Notes under the pieces: model-generated
The model's input: only the letters and a program-made list of their open reading frames with translations
What the model was told of the DNA's origin: nothing
Databases searched by the model: none
Shown: piece by piece, positions 8,617-17,849 of the stretch
How the letters are laid out: each line of letters begins with the position of its first letter
Position numbering within the stretch: the stretch's first letter is position 1
Translations under genes and position numbers: made by a program
Assembly: GCA_035502185.1 (NCBI GenBank)
Contig: DATJUT010000011.1
Location: 17,228-81,227, forward strand
Direction of reading: 5' to 3'
DNA length: 64,000 bases
Origin: Gemmatimonadales bacterium
GTDB taxonomy: Bacteria > Gemmatimonadota > Gemmatimonadetes > Gemmatimonadales > JACORV01

Positions 8617-9474
8617 CTAGGCGCATTCCCGGCCCGGCGGCGCCTCGCCGCCCGCCGGCTCCGCACGGCCGCGGCGCCCCGCGCGCCGCTCCCCGCCCGC
8701 CTCCAGCAGGGCCCCCAGCATCTCCCACGGCCGGGCGCGGATCGCCGTGCCGCGGCCCTCGACCGCCACGGCGCCCACGTAGCCGGGCGCCGGCTGTACG
8801 GCGCGCAGCGTGTAGCGGCCGGGCGCGTCCGGCGCATCCTCGACCCTGAGCAGCCGCGCCGGCTCCCCGGGCACCAGGGTCACGTCGAACGAGTCGAGCG
8901 GCCGCGCCAGGCCCTCGCCCAGCGCCTTGAGGAACGCCTCCTTGCGCGTCCAGCCGGCGAACGCCGCCTGGAGCCGCAACGGCCCCGCGATCGCCGCGAG
9001 CGCGGCCCGCTCCGCCGGCGAGAAGCAGGCGTCGGCCAGGGCGCGGAGGCTGCCGATCTCCCGGATCCGCTCCACGTCGATGCCGACCTCGCGGTCCCGG
9101 CTCACCGCGACCAGCGCGAGATCCTCGGCATGCGAGAGGTTGAAGCGCGGGCCCGGCTGATCGGCCAGGCGCGGCTTCCCGCCGGGGCCCTCCTCGAACG
9201 TGATCTCCCGCGGCCCGCGGCCGACGTACCCGCTCAGCACCAGCCGCAGCAGGCCGTGCGCACATACGTAGCGCCGCCGGTCGGCCGCGTGCACGAAGCG
9301 GTGGGCGCGCGCGACTTCCGCCGCCGACAGGAAGGCCTCCAGCCGATCCTGTGCCGCCCGATCGAGATCGAGCCGGAGCGTCCAGACGTGAACCTCGCCG
9401 TCCCGCAGCAGGCTCGCGGCGCCGCCGTCGCGGTACCGGGCGACGCCCCTGAGGATGTTGTGAATCGTCGTCAC
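8617..9474 (-). CDS. 4'-phosphopantetheinyl transferase (Sfp-type)
   Basis: This is the 3' part of tracked ORF 8617..10998. It contains FNLSHAEDLALVAVS, VGIDVERI and WTRKEAFLKALG. The start is taken as GTG 9474 (VTTIHNILRG...) and is uncertain. Confidence 0.75.
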   Translation of the reverse strand: MTTIHNILRGVARYRDGGAASLLRDGEVHVWTLRLDLDRAAQDRLEAFLSAAEVARAHRFVHAADRRRYVCAHGLLRLVLSGYVGRGPREITFEEGPGGKPRLADQPGPRFNLSHAEDLALVAVSRDREVGIDVERIREIGSLRALADACFSPAERAALAAIAGPLRLQAAFAGWTRKEAFLKALGEGLARPLDSFDVTLVPGEPARLLRVEDAPDAPGRYTLRAVQPAPGYVGAVAVEGRGTAIRARPWEMLGALLEAGGERRAGRRGRAEPAGGEAPPGRECA

Positions 9475-9647
9475 GGAGCCCTGACCTGGTGTGGTCGGGA
9501 CGTCCCATGCGCAAGAACCGCGCACTCGGACGGGCTCGTGCCGGGCGAAACGTAAGTGACCAACAGCCAATGTGCTACGCCGCCCGCCGCGGCGCGCGGC
9601 CATGCGGCGCGCGCGCGAGTCCGTTGCGGAAGCGCAACAACCCGCCG

Positions 9648-10832
9648 TCAGTTGCGCTCGAGCCACGCCGCGAGACGGTCGAGGTCCGCATCGCTCAGCA
9701 GGCCGTGGGTCGGCAGGGTGACGAGACGCTCGGCCAGCGTCCGCGCCCCGGCGAACGGGTCGCGGCGGTTCACCACGCGCGCGGCGAAGCCCGGCAGGTC
9801 GCAGAGCGCCTGCGGGTAGCCCGGCATGATCCCGAGCGCGCGCGCGCCGCTCGAGGCGCCGGCCGCGCGGGCGGCATCCCCGGCGACGAACGGCAGTCGC
9901 AGGTAACCCGCCACGCCGCCCGCCGGCACGCGCACCGGCGTCACGCCCGGGCCTCGCCGCGCGAGCAGGCGGCCCGCGTTGGCGCGACGAATCTCCGCCT
10001 CGGCCTCGCCGAGGGGCAGTGTCACGGCCAGGGCGCGCGCGGCCACCGCGCTCATCGCGCCGGCGGGCGTGGGCGCGTGGTACACGGTTTCGCCCAGCCG
10101 CAGGAACGGCAGCGCCGACGGCAGCGCGTACAGCGAAGGACGTCCGAGCAGCCACTGCGCCTTGAGCTGCACCAGCTCCTTCAGGCCGCCGCCCGGCACG
10201 AGGTCCGCCGTGCCCGAGCCGGCCAGCAGGGCGCGGCCGCGCTCGCCGTTGGCGAGGAGCGCCCCGCCCCGGCCGCCGGTGTTGCCCTTCCCGCGGCCGA
10301 AGCTCAGGACGGCGAGGTCGCCGAACGAGCCGAGGGGACGGCCGCCGAAGCTGGCGCCGGCGCCCTGGGCCGCGTCCTCGATCAGCACCGCGCCCGCCGC
10401 GCGCGCCGCGGCCCGGACCGGCTCCGGGTCCACCGGCACGCCGTAGAGGTGCACGAGTACGACCGCCCGCACGCCGCCGCCGAGGGCCCGCCCCAGCGAC
10501 GCGAGGTCGGGCGCGAGGGTGGCCGGATCGACGTCGTACAGCAGCACCGGGAACCCGGCGCCGTCCGCGGCGGTGGCGACGTCGTAGCAGGCGTAGGCGG
10601 GCAGCGCGACCGGGGCGTCCGGCCGGCCGGCGGCCGAGCCCCGGATGGCGCAGGTCAGCGCGCTGGTGCCGCTGTCGGTGAGCACGACCTCCGCCCCGCC
10701 GTACGATCGCCGCAGCTCCTCCGCGACGCGGACGCGCGCCGCGGCGGCGCCCGCCACGAGGCCGGCCGCGCCCGCGCCGACCGCCCGCAGCGGCAGCGGC
10801 GAGTAGGCGGGCAGCTGGCGCCGCCAGCTCAC
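9648..10832 (-). CDS. DegT/DnrJ/EryC1/StrS-family PLP-dependent aminotransferase
   Basis: This is the 3' part of tracked ORF 9648..11816. It contains VVLTDSGTSALTCAI, VHLYGVPVD, IEDAAQGAGA and LSFGRGKGNTGG (SFxxxK Lys). GTG 10832 forms a GTGA overlap with the upstream stop. Confidence 0.8.
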   Translation of the reverse strand: MSWRRQLPAYSPLPLRAVGAGAAGLVAGAAAARVRVAEELRRSYGGAEVVLTDSGTSALTCAIRGSAAGRPDAPVALPAYACYDVATAADGAGFPVLLYDVDPATLAPDLASLGRALGGGVRAVVLVHLYGVPVDPEPVRAAARAAGAVLIEDAAQGAGASFGGRPLGSFGDLAVLSFGRGKGNTGGRGGALLANGERGRALLAGSGTADLVPGGGLKELVQLKAQWLLGRPSLYALPSALPFLRLGETVYHAPTPAGAMSAVAARALAVTLPLGEAEAEIRRANAGRLLARRGPGVTPVRVPAGGVAGYLRLPFVAGDAARAAGASSGARALGIMPGYPQALCDLPGFAARVVNRRDPFAGARTLAERLVTLPTHGLLSDADLDRLAAWLERN

Positions 10833-11860
10833 GGGATGCCGCGGACGATGTGCGGCCCGAGCGCCGTCGCCACCGGCACCGGCAGCCGGGACCACAGCTT
10901 CGGCCCCCAGCGGTACGCGCCGTCGTCGGGCGAGGGCGTATGGGCATCGCCTCCCCCGGCGGCGCGCTGGTACCAGTGCAGCGGGACGTCGCGTCCACCC
11001 CACTGCTGCTTGAAGCGATGCGTGCCGCTGCCGGGCGTGCACCGGCCGAAGTTGAACAGCGCGACCCCTTCCCGCGCCGCCCGCTCGATGAACGCCCAGT
11101 AGAGCGCCATGTTCGGCGACAGGCGGTTGTAGACGACGAGGGCCGACGCCCACGTCATCTCGAACTCCCCGCCGAAGCGGAAGCCCGCGCCGCACGCGAT
11201 CGGCACGTCGCCGAGATAGGCGCATCCGAACCAGGCGTCGTCCCCGAACTCCGCCGCGATCGCCTCGAACAGGCTCCGCGGCTGGGTGGGCGTGCCGAGG
11301 TCCCGCATGTGCCGCGCGAACACCTGGAAGAACGGCGCCACCTGCTCGCGGCCGAACCGGACCGCGACCCCTTCCTTGGCGGGACGCCGGACCTGGCTCC
11401 TGAGCTTGGCCGGGAACTTCGCGAACACGCCCTCCGGGTTCCCGGGCACCAGATCGAGCACCACGGTGATCTTGCGGTGCGACACCGGCAGATCCACGGG
11501 GAGCGGCTCCCGGCTCCGCAGCTCGAGCAGCTTCACGCCGTCCCGCTCGGCGATGCGGACGGCCTCGTCCGTCAGCGCGCGCACCGCTGCCGCACCGCCC
11601 AGCGGTCCGCCGTAGTTGAGGAACGGCATCGAGACGAGGTAGTGCCCGAACAGCCGGCTCTTGACCCGCACCAGCGGCAGCACGCCCGCGAGCGCGCCGT
11701 CGGCCGTGGCCGCCAGGTAGATGCAGGAGTGGCGATGGGTCCGCTCGAGGACCGGCTTCCAGCCCCACAGGTGGAAGTGGCTCCAGCCGCTCGCCGCGCG
11801 GACGAACGCGTCCCACGCCGCCGGGTCGCCGTCGAACGGCGCCACCACGAGGCCGCTCAC
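10829..11860 (-). CDS. FemAB-like / GNAT-fold peptidyl- or aminoacyl-transferase family protein (PEP-CTERM-locus type)
   Basis: This is the 3' part of tracked ORF 10829..13198. It contains WDAFVRAASGWSHFHLWGWKPVLE...LVSMPFLNYGGPL...FRFGGEFEMTWASA...LYWAFIERAAREG...RFKQQWGG. GTG 11860 forms a GTGA overlap with the deacetylase stop. Confidence 0.8.
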   Translation of the reverse strand: MSGLVVAPFDGDPAAWDAFVRAASGWSHFHLWGWKPVLERTHRHSCIYLAATADGALAGVLPLVRVKSRLFGHYLVSMPFLNYGGPLGGAAAVRALTDEAVRIAERDGVKLLELRSREPLPVDLPVSHRKITVVLDLVPGNPEGVFAKFPAKLRSQVRRPAKEGVAVRFGREQVAPFFQVFARHMRDLGTPTQPRSLFEAIAAEFGDDAWFGCAYLGDVPIACGAGFRFGGEFEMTWASALVVYNRLSPNMALYWAFIERAAREGVALFNFGRCTPGSGTHRFKQQWGGRDVPLHWYQRAAGGGDAHTPSPDDGAYRWGPKLWSRLPVPVATALGPHIVRGIP

Positions 11861-12708
11861 GCCGCGGCGGCTCCCGCGGCCCGCATCCCTTCCGCGACGC
11901 TGACGAAGCGGAACTCGCGCATCAGGCGCTCCAGGCGCCGCCACGTGCCGGCGAGGCCGCCGTAGTGGCGCACCCGGGTGAGGAGCGGCACGTCGAACCG
12001 CGGCTGCCCGGGGTCGATCTCCCAGGGATGCAGGTAGAAGGTCCCCGGCTGCCCGCGCCGCTCGGCGTCGCGCAACGCCGAGCGCACCAGCACGGGCGGC
12101 AGGAGGCGGAAGTACGCTCCACCGGCGGCGGGCAGGTTGAGACCCGCCCGCCGCAGCGTCGTGGGCGGCACCTCGAACAGCTTCCCCGCCGGGCGATCGA
12201 GCCAGTACGGGTCCCGGCCGCCGCCCGCGTAGCCGTAGCCCGGCCGCGTGATCGGGAACAGCGACGAGTCGTAGCGGTAGCCTTCCTCGACCAGGATGTC
12301 GAGCGCCCACTCGCGGCCCGCGACGATCGAGTAGTTGGGCGCGCGATAGCCGAGGCACGGCTGCCCGCTCAGGGCCTCGAGGATCGCCTTGGTGCGCCGG
12401 ACCTGGTCGCGGAACGCCTCGGGCGAGAGCTCCACGACGCGGCGGTGGTCGTAGCCGTGCGACGCCACCTCGTGCCCCGCCGCCGCGATCGCCTTCACCA
12501 TCGCCGGCTGCCGCTCGGCCACCCAGCCGAGAGTGAAGAAGGTGCCCGTGGCGCCGTGGTCGGCCAGCAGCTGCAGCAGCCGGTCCACGTTCCGGGACAC
12601 GCGGCTCTCGAGGGAATCCCAGCGCTCGCGCGCGACCCAGGGCGCCAGCGAGAGCACCTGGAAGTGCTCCTCGACGTCGACGGTGAAGTAGTGGCGGATC
12701 ACGGCCAA
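11857..12708 (-). CDS. Polysaccharide deacetylase (CE4; PEP-CTERM/XrtA-locus subfamily-like)
   Basis: Tracked 283-aa ORF. It contains HYFTVDVEEHFQV, FFTLGWVAE, HEVASHGYDH, GYRAPNYS and FYLHPWEID. Confidence 0.9.
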   Translation of the reverse strand: MAVIRHYFTVDVEEHFQVLSLAPWVARERWDSLESRVSRNVDRLLQLLADHGATGTFFTLGWVAERQPAMVKAIAAAGHEVASHGYDHRRVVELSPEAFRDQVRRTKAILEALSGQPCLGYRAPNYSIVAGREWALDILVEEGYRYDSSLFPITRPGYGYAGGGRDPYWLDRPAGKLFEVPPTTLRRAGLNLPAAGGAYFRLLPPVLVRSALRDAERRGQPGTFYLHPWEIDPGQPRFDVPLLTRVRHYGGLAGTWRRLERLMREFRFVSVAEGMRAAGAAAA

Positions 12709-12781
12709 AGTCTAAGGGCGCGGCGCCGGGCACGCCACCGCGCGCCGCGCGCCGACGCGCGGCCGCGCCGGCCCGGGCCGA

Positions 12782-12811
12782 TTGACCTCGTTCGGGTGGG
12801 CCGCGCATACT
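12782..12811 (+). promoter_or_regulatory. Candidate sigma-70-like promoter for the PIG-L gene (TTGACC, 18 nt, CATACT)
   Basis: TTGACC lies at 12782-12787 and CATACT at 12806-12811, in the 140-bp divergent gap. The match is by eye only, and the promoter consensus of this taxon is unknown. Confidence 0.3.
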
Positions 12812-12848
12812 TGAGGCCCGACCGATCCCTCCAACCCGGTGGAGCCAC

Positions 12849-13523
12849 GTGGGCCGCCAGTCGAATCCGCACGCGCCGCTGCCGCTGACGTTGCCGCACC
12901 GCGGCCGGCTCAAGGTGCTCTGCGTCGGCGCGCACCCGGACGACATCGAGATCGGGTGCGGCGCGACCGTCCTGGACCTCGTCCGCCAGGGCGCGGACGT
13001 CCGGTGGGCCGTCTTCAGCGGCAACGACCGCCGCGCCGAGGAGGCCGCCCACAGCGCGCGACTGTTCCTCGGCAAGGACGCGGCGCGGCGCCTCGTGCTG
13101 CACCAGTTCCGCGACGCGCACTTCCCGGCGCACTTCACCGCGATCAAGGACGCCTTCGAAGCGCTGGCCGCGCGGTTCTCGCCGGACCTCGTCTTCACGC
13201 ACTTCCGCGACGACCGCCACCAGGATCACCGGGTCCTGTCCGACGTCGCCTGGAACACCTTCCGGCGCCAGACCGTCGCGGAGTACGAGATCCCGAAGTG
13301 GGACGGCGACCTCTCCACTCCCAACCTGTACGTGCCGGTCGCCGCCTCCGCGGCGCGGCGCAAGGTCACCAGCCTGATGCGCGCGTTCGCCAGCCAGCGG
13401 CACCGCGACTGGTTCGGCGAGGGCGTCTTCTTCGGGTTGATGCGGCTGCGCGGGATGGAGTGCCGCTCGCGCTCGGGGTTCGCCGAGGCCTTCTTCGGCC
13501 GCAAGCTGGTCTTTCGCCCCTGA
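12849..13523 (+). CDS. PIG-L / LmbE-family N-acetylglucosaminyl deacetylase
   Basis: Tracked 224-aa ORF with a GTG start. It contains VLCVGAHPDDIEIGCG and HQDH. GGTGGAG lies 5 nt upstream. Confidence 0.85.
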   Translation: MGRQSNPHAPLPLTLPHRGRLKVLCVGAHPDDIEIGCGATVLDLVRQGADVRWAVFSGNDRRAEEAAHSARLFLGKDAARRLVLHQFRDAHFPAHFTAIKDAFEALAARFSPDLVFTHFRDDRHQDHRVLSDVAWNTFRRQTVAEYEIPKWDGDLSTPNLYVPVAASAARRKVTSLMRAFASQRHRDWFGEGVFFGLMRLRGMECRSRSGFAEAFFGRKLVFRP

Positions 13524-13556
13524 GGTGAGCCGCCGACACGAGGCGACGCGGTCGCG

Positions 13557-14177
13557 ATGACTCCCGGCGTGCGACGGATCCTGGCGCGGCTCGGCTGGAC
13601 GGGGGAGCCGCCGGCGGCGCCCACCTGGGTCGCCTATGCGATCGTGCCCGGCGACGAGGTCCACAACTTCGTCCGCCGCGCCCAGGCGCGGGTGCTGGCG
13701 CGCTACCGCCCCGGCTCGCTCGACGACTGCCCGCACATCACCATCAAGCAGGCGTTTCAGGTCGAGGCGCTGGAGCCCGCCGAGCGCTACTTCGACCGGC
13801 TGGCGGGCGAGACCGAGCCGTTCGATCTCGAGACCGACGGCGTGGGCCGCTTCGAGGGCCACGGCATCGTGTACCTGGGCATCCGGACGGATCCGCGCCT
13901 GGAGGCGCTGCGCCGCAGGATCCTCGCGGACCTCTCCGCACAGTTCGGCGTCAGGCCCTACCCGCTGGAGGACGACCGCTACCGTTACCATGCGACGCTG
14001 GCCTCCGGTCTCTCGGAGGCGGACGCCGCTGCGGCGCTGCAGGCGCTCGGTGACACCGGCGTCGGACTCCGCCTCCGGTTCGACACGCTGGGGCTGCTGT
14101 GCCGGACCGCGGGCAGGCGCTGGGTCACCTACAAGCGAACCGCGCTGGGGCGCGCGGAGCCGCGGCCTTCCGCGTAG
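13557..14177 (+). CDS. 2H phosphoesterase superfamily protein (LigT-like)
   Basis: Tracked 206-aa ORF. It has two HxT motifs at the spacing typical of the family (CPHITIKQ and YRYHATLA). Confidence 0.7.
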   Translation: MTPGVRRILARLGWTGEPPAAPTWVAYAIVPGDEVHNFVRRAQARVLARYRPGSLDDCPHITIKQAFQVEALEPAERYFDRLAGETEPFDLETDGVGRFEGHGIVYLGIRTDPRLEALRRRILADLSAQFGVRPYPLEDDRYRYHATLASGLSEADAAAALQALGDTGVGLRLRFDTLGLLCRTAGRRWVTYKRTALGRAEPRPSA

Positions 14178-14372
14178 GCCGCGCGGGAGCGCCGGGCGCG
14201 CGGACGGCCGGCGGTGTCGCGCGTGCGCCACGATTGTGGCGGGTCCCGGCCCGGGCGGTCCGCGTGAATCCGAGGCGATCCAGCCGCCGCGCCACGAAAT
14301 CAGGGGAACGATTCCTGCGTTACGGCCGAAGCGATCGTCCGTCGTCGCCACGACGCGGGAGAAGGTCCGACG

Positions 14373-15281
14373 ATGCCTGATGCAGCCGGCGGAGTGCGAG
14401 GACACCCACTGGTGTCGGTGGGCGTTCCGGTCTACAACGCGGAGCGGTTCCTCGCGCGCGCGCTCGACTCGCTGCTCGGCCAGACGCTCTCCGACTTCGA
14501 GCTCATCATCTCGGACAACGCGTCGGCGGACGGAACGGCGGGCATCTGCGAGCAGTACGCGCGCGCGGACCGCCGCGTGCGCTACGTGCGCCAGGCGCGG
14601 AACATCGGCGCCGCGCGCAACTGGAACGTGGTGGCGCGCGAGGCACGCGGCGTGTTCTTCAAGTGGGCCTCGGGGAACGACACCTGCGCACCGACGATGC
14701 TCGAGCAGTGCGTCCGCGCGCTGCAGGCCGATCCCGGCGTGGTGCTGTGCTACGGCCGCACCGAGCTGGTGGACGAGCGGGATCAGCCCATCGAGCGGTA
14801 CGCGGGCGACCTCGCGTTCGAGGAGGAGCGGGCGGCCGAGCGGTTCGAGCGCGTGTGCTCGGAGATGGCGCTGAACAACGCCCAGTGCGGCGTGATGCGG
14901 CGCGACGCCCTGCGGCGCACCGCGCTGGACCGGCCGTTCGCGGCGGGCGACGTGGCCCTGATGGCCGAGCTGGCGTTGTACGGGAAGTTCCGGCTGCTGC
15001 CCGAGGTGCTGCTGTACCGTCGCCAGAGCCCGGGAGCGTTCTCGTTGCTGCTCTCGCCGCTGGAGCGGCGGCGCTTCCACGACCCGCAGGCGAAGGCGCC
15101 GATGAAGCTGTTCCGCGTGCGCCACCACGTGGACCACCTGCGCAGCATCGCACGCGCGCCGCTGCCGGCGCGCGAGAAGCTCCGGGTGTTGGGGACGGCG
15201 CTGCGTCTGGCCCGATGGGACCGGGTGCACATATGGCGCGAGCTGCGCTCGCTGCTCGGGGGCGCGCCGGCGGCGGGATGA
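14373..15281 (+). CDS. Family 2 glycosyltransferase
   Basis: Tracked 302-aa ORF. It contains VSVGVPVYNAERFLARALDSLLGQT and IISDNASADGT. Confidence 0.85.
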   Translation: MPDAAGGVRGHPLVSVGVPVYNAERFLARALDSLLGQTLSDFELIISDNASADGTAGICEQYARADRRVRYVRQARNIGAARNWNVVAREARGVFFKWASGNDTCAPTMLEQCVRALQADPGVVLCYGRTELVDERDQPIERYAGDLAFEEERAAERFERVCSEMALNNAQCGVMRRDALRRTALDRPFAAGDVALMAELALYGKFRLLPEVLLYRRQSPGAFSLLLSPLERRRFHDPQAKAPMKLFRVRHHVDHLRSIARAPLPAREKLRVLGTALRLARWDRVHIWRELRSLLGGAPAAG

Positions 15282-15354
15282 TCCCCGCGGGCGCGCGGGA
15301 CGTGCCGGCGGCGCGGGCCGCGCGAGGCTTGCACCCGTCCCGACGATTGGTACA

Positions 15355-16494
15355 ATGAAGGACCGAAGGGACACCGTGACCATCATGGAGAGCCTGGAAC
15401 AGCTCCTGCACACCGATCTCGAGTACCTCTGCGCCAGCGCCCGCGAGGCGTTCGGCCGGATGGAGGGCCGGCGCCTGCTCCTCACCGGAGGGGCCGGCTT
15501 TCTCGGTTACTACCTGGTGCACGGGGTGCGGCACTGGAATCGCCACCACGCCAAGGCGCCGATCGCGCTGACGGTGTGGGACAACTTCATCCGGGGCACG
15601 CCGGAGTGGCTCACCGCGCTCGGGGCCGAGCCGAACCTCACGATCCGCACGGTGGACCTGATCCAGCCGCTGCCCACGGACATGGGCCAGTACCAGTTCA
15701 TCATCCACGCGGCGGGGATCGCGTCGCCGACCTACTACCGGCGCTACCCCATCGAGACCATGGACGCGAACATCAACGGCCTGCGGGCGCTGCTCGAGTA
15801 CGCGCGGCGCCGCCAGGACTCCCGGGACCCGGTCGAGGGGTTCCTGTTCTTCTCGAGCAGCGAGATCTACGGCGATCCGCCGGCCGACAAGATCCCCACC
15901 TCGGAGGACTACCGCGGCAACGTCTCGTGCACGGGGCCCCGCGCCTGCTACGACGAGTCGAAGCGCTACGGCGAGACGCTGTGCGTCAACTTCGCACACC
16001 AGTACGGGGTGCCGGTCCGCTGCGCGCGGCCCTTCAACAACTACGGCCCGGGCCTGAAGATCTCGGACCGCCGGCTGCTGCCGGACTTCGCGCGCGACGT
16101 CTTCTCGGGGCGCGACATCGTGATGCTCTCCGACGGGTCGCCCACGCGCACCTTCTGCTACAGCGCCGATTCGATCATGGGCTACTACAAGGTCCTGGTG
16201 CAGGGGGGCAAGGGCGAGGCGTACAACATCGGCATCGACCGGCCCGAGATCTCCGTGGCCGAGGTCGCCGAGAAGGTGGTGGCGCTGGCCCGGGACCTCA
16301 TCGGGTACAAGGGCAAGGTGGTGCGCGGCGCCGCGCAGGAGCGGGACTACCTCGTGGACAATCCCGCCCGCCGCTGCCCGAACATCGACAAGGCGCGGCG
16401 CCAGCTGGACTACCACCCCACGGTCCTCGTGGACGAGGGGCTGCGGCGCGCGATGGTCTGGTACAGCTACCACCGCACGGCGGAGGACGCATAG
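15355..16494 (+). CDS. Extended-SDR NAD-dependent epimerase/dehydratase, UDP-glucuronate decarboxylase-like
   Basis: Tracked 379-aa ORF. It contains LLTGGAGFLGYYL, SSSEIYGDP and CYDESKRYGE (YxxxK). It sits directly upstream of UGDH. An alternative start is the MESLEQ Met at 15385. Confidence 0.85.
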   Translation: MKDRRDTVTIMESLEQLLHTDLEYLCASAREAFGRMEGRRLLLTGGAGFLGYYLVHGVRHWNRHHAKAPIALTVWDNFIRGTPEWLTALGAEPNLTIRTVDLIQPLPTDMGQYQFIIHAAGIASPTYYRRYPIETMDANINGLRALLEYARRRQDSRDPVEGFLFFSSSEIYGDPPADKIPTSEDYRGNVSCTGPRACYDESKRYGETLCVNFAHQYGVPVRCARPFNNYGPGLKISDRRLLPDFARDVFSGRDIVMLSDGSPTRTFCYSADSIMGYYKVLVQGGKGEAYNIGIDRPEISVAEVAEKVVALARDLIGYKGKVVRGAAQERDYLVDNPARRCPNIDKARRQLDYHPTVLVDEGLRRAMVWYSYHRTAEDA

Positions 16495-17849
16495 TGCGCA
16501 TCTCGGTGATCGGCACGGGGTACGTCGGACTCGTCTCCGGGGTCTGCCTCTCGGAGAAGGGCCACCAGGTCTGCTGCGTGGACAACGACCAGGCGAAGGT
16601 GGACAAGATCCGCAGCGGGGTCGCTCCGTTCTTCGAGGAGGGGCTCGAGCCCCTGCTCCGCAAGCACCTGGGCCGGGGCCTGACCGTCGCCACCGACATC
16701 CGCGCGTCGGTGCACGACTCCGAGATGACGCTGATCGCGGTCGGCACGCCGTTCGACGGCCGGGAGATCGACCTCAGCACCGTGCGCGAGGTGGCCCGGC
16801 AGATCGGCGCGGCGCTGCGCGACAAGCCGGCCTATCACACGGTCGTGGTCAAGAGCACCGTCGTCCCCGGCACGACGGACGGCCCGGTGCGCGCGATCCT
16901 GGAGAAGGAATCGGGGAAGAAGGCCGGCGCCGACTTCGGCCTGGGGATGAACCCGGAGTTCCTCACCGAGGGCCAGGCCATCGAGGACTTCCTCGAGCCC
17001 GACCGCATCGTCATGGGGGGCATCGACGCGCGCACGGTGGAGGCCCTGGACCGGCTGTACGCGCCGTTCCCCGACACGCCGAAGCTCCGCACCAACTGTC
17101 GCACGGCGGAGATGATCAAGTACACCTCGAACGCGATGCTGGCGACGGCCATCTCGTTCGCCAACGAGGTGGGCAACCTGTGCGAGGCGCTCGGCGGCAT
17201 CGACGTGGTGGAGGTGATGGCGGGCCTGCACCTGGCCGCCTACCTGCGCCCGTACGCGGAGCGGCCGGGCTACGTGCAGGCCCCGCTGTCCGCCTTCTTC
17301 GGCGCGGGGTGCGGCTTCGGGGGCAGCTGCCTCCCCAAGGACGTGAAGGCGCTGATCGCCCACGGCGAGCGGGCGGGCAGCCCGATGCCGGTCCTGGCCG
17401 CCGTGATGGAGACCAACCAGGGGCAGCCGCACCGGATCGAGGCCCTGCTCCGCAAGCACTTCGCCTCGCTCCAGGGCATCCGGGTGGCGGTGCTCGGCCT
17501 GGCCTTCAAGCCGGACACCGACGACATCCGCGAGACGCCGGCCCTGCCCATCATCCGCGACCTGCTCGCCGCCGGCGCGGCGGTGCGGGCGTACGACCCG
17601 GCCGCCGTGGCCAACGCGAAGGCCGCCCTCAGGGACGACCGGGTCGCGTTCGCGGCGTCGCTCGAGGCGTGCATCGCCGACGCGCAGGCCGTCGTCCTGG
17701 TCACCCGGTGGAGCGAGTTCCAGAAGCTCCCGGACCTGCTCGCGGGACGGCCCCAGCCGCCGGTCGTGGTGGACGGGCGCCGGGCGCTGGACAAGACCCG
17801 CATCGCACGCTACGAGGGCATCGGCCTCCGGGCCCAGGAGACCCCATGA
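16494..17849 (+). CDS. ugd: UDP-glucose/GDP-mannose 6-dehydrogenase family protein
   Basis: This is the 3' part of tracked ORF 15576..17849. It begins VRISVIGTGYVGLVSG at GTG 16494 (TAGTG overlap) and contains NPEFLTEG and GFGGSCLPKD. Confidence 0.9.
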   Translation: MRISVIGTGYVGLVSGVCLSEKGHQVCCVDNDQAKVDKIRSGVAPFFEEGLEPLLRKHLGRGLTVATDIRASVHDSEMTLIAVGTPFDGREIDLSTVREVARQIGAALRDKPAYHTVVVKSTVVPGTTDGPVRAILEKESGKKAGADFGLGMNPEFLTEGQAIEDFLEPDRIVMGGIDARTVEALDRLYAPFPDTPKLRTNCRTAEMIKYTSNAMLATAISFANEVGNLCEALGGIDVVEVMAGLHLAAYLRPYAERPGYVQAPLSAFFGAGCGFGGSCLPKDVKALIAHGERAGSPMPVLAAVMETNQGQPHRIEALLRKHFASLQGIRVAVLGLAFKPDTDDIRETPALPIIRDLLAAGAAVRAYDPAAVANAKAALRDDRVAFAASLEACIADAQAVVLVTRWSEFQKLPDLLAGRPQPPVVVDGRRALDKTRIARYEGIGLRAQETP

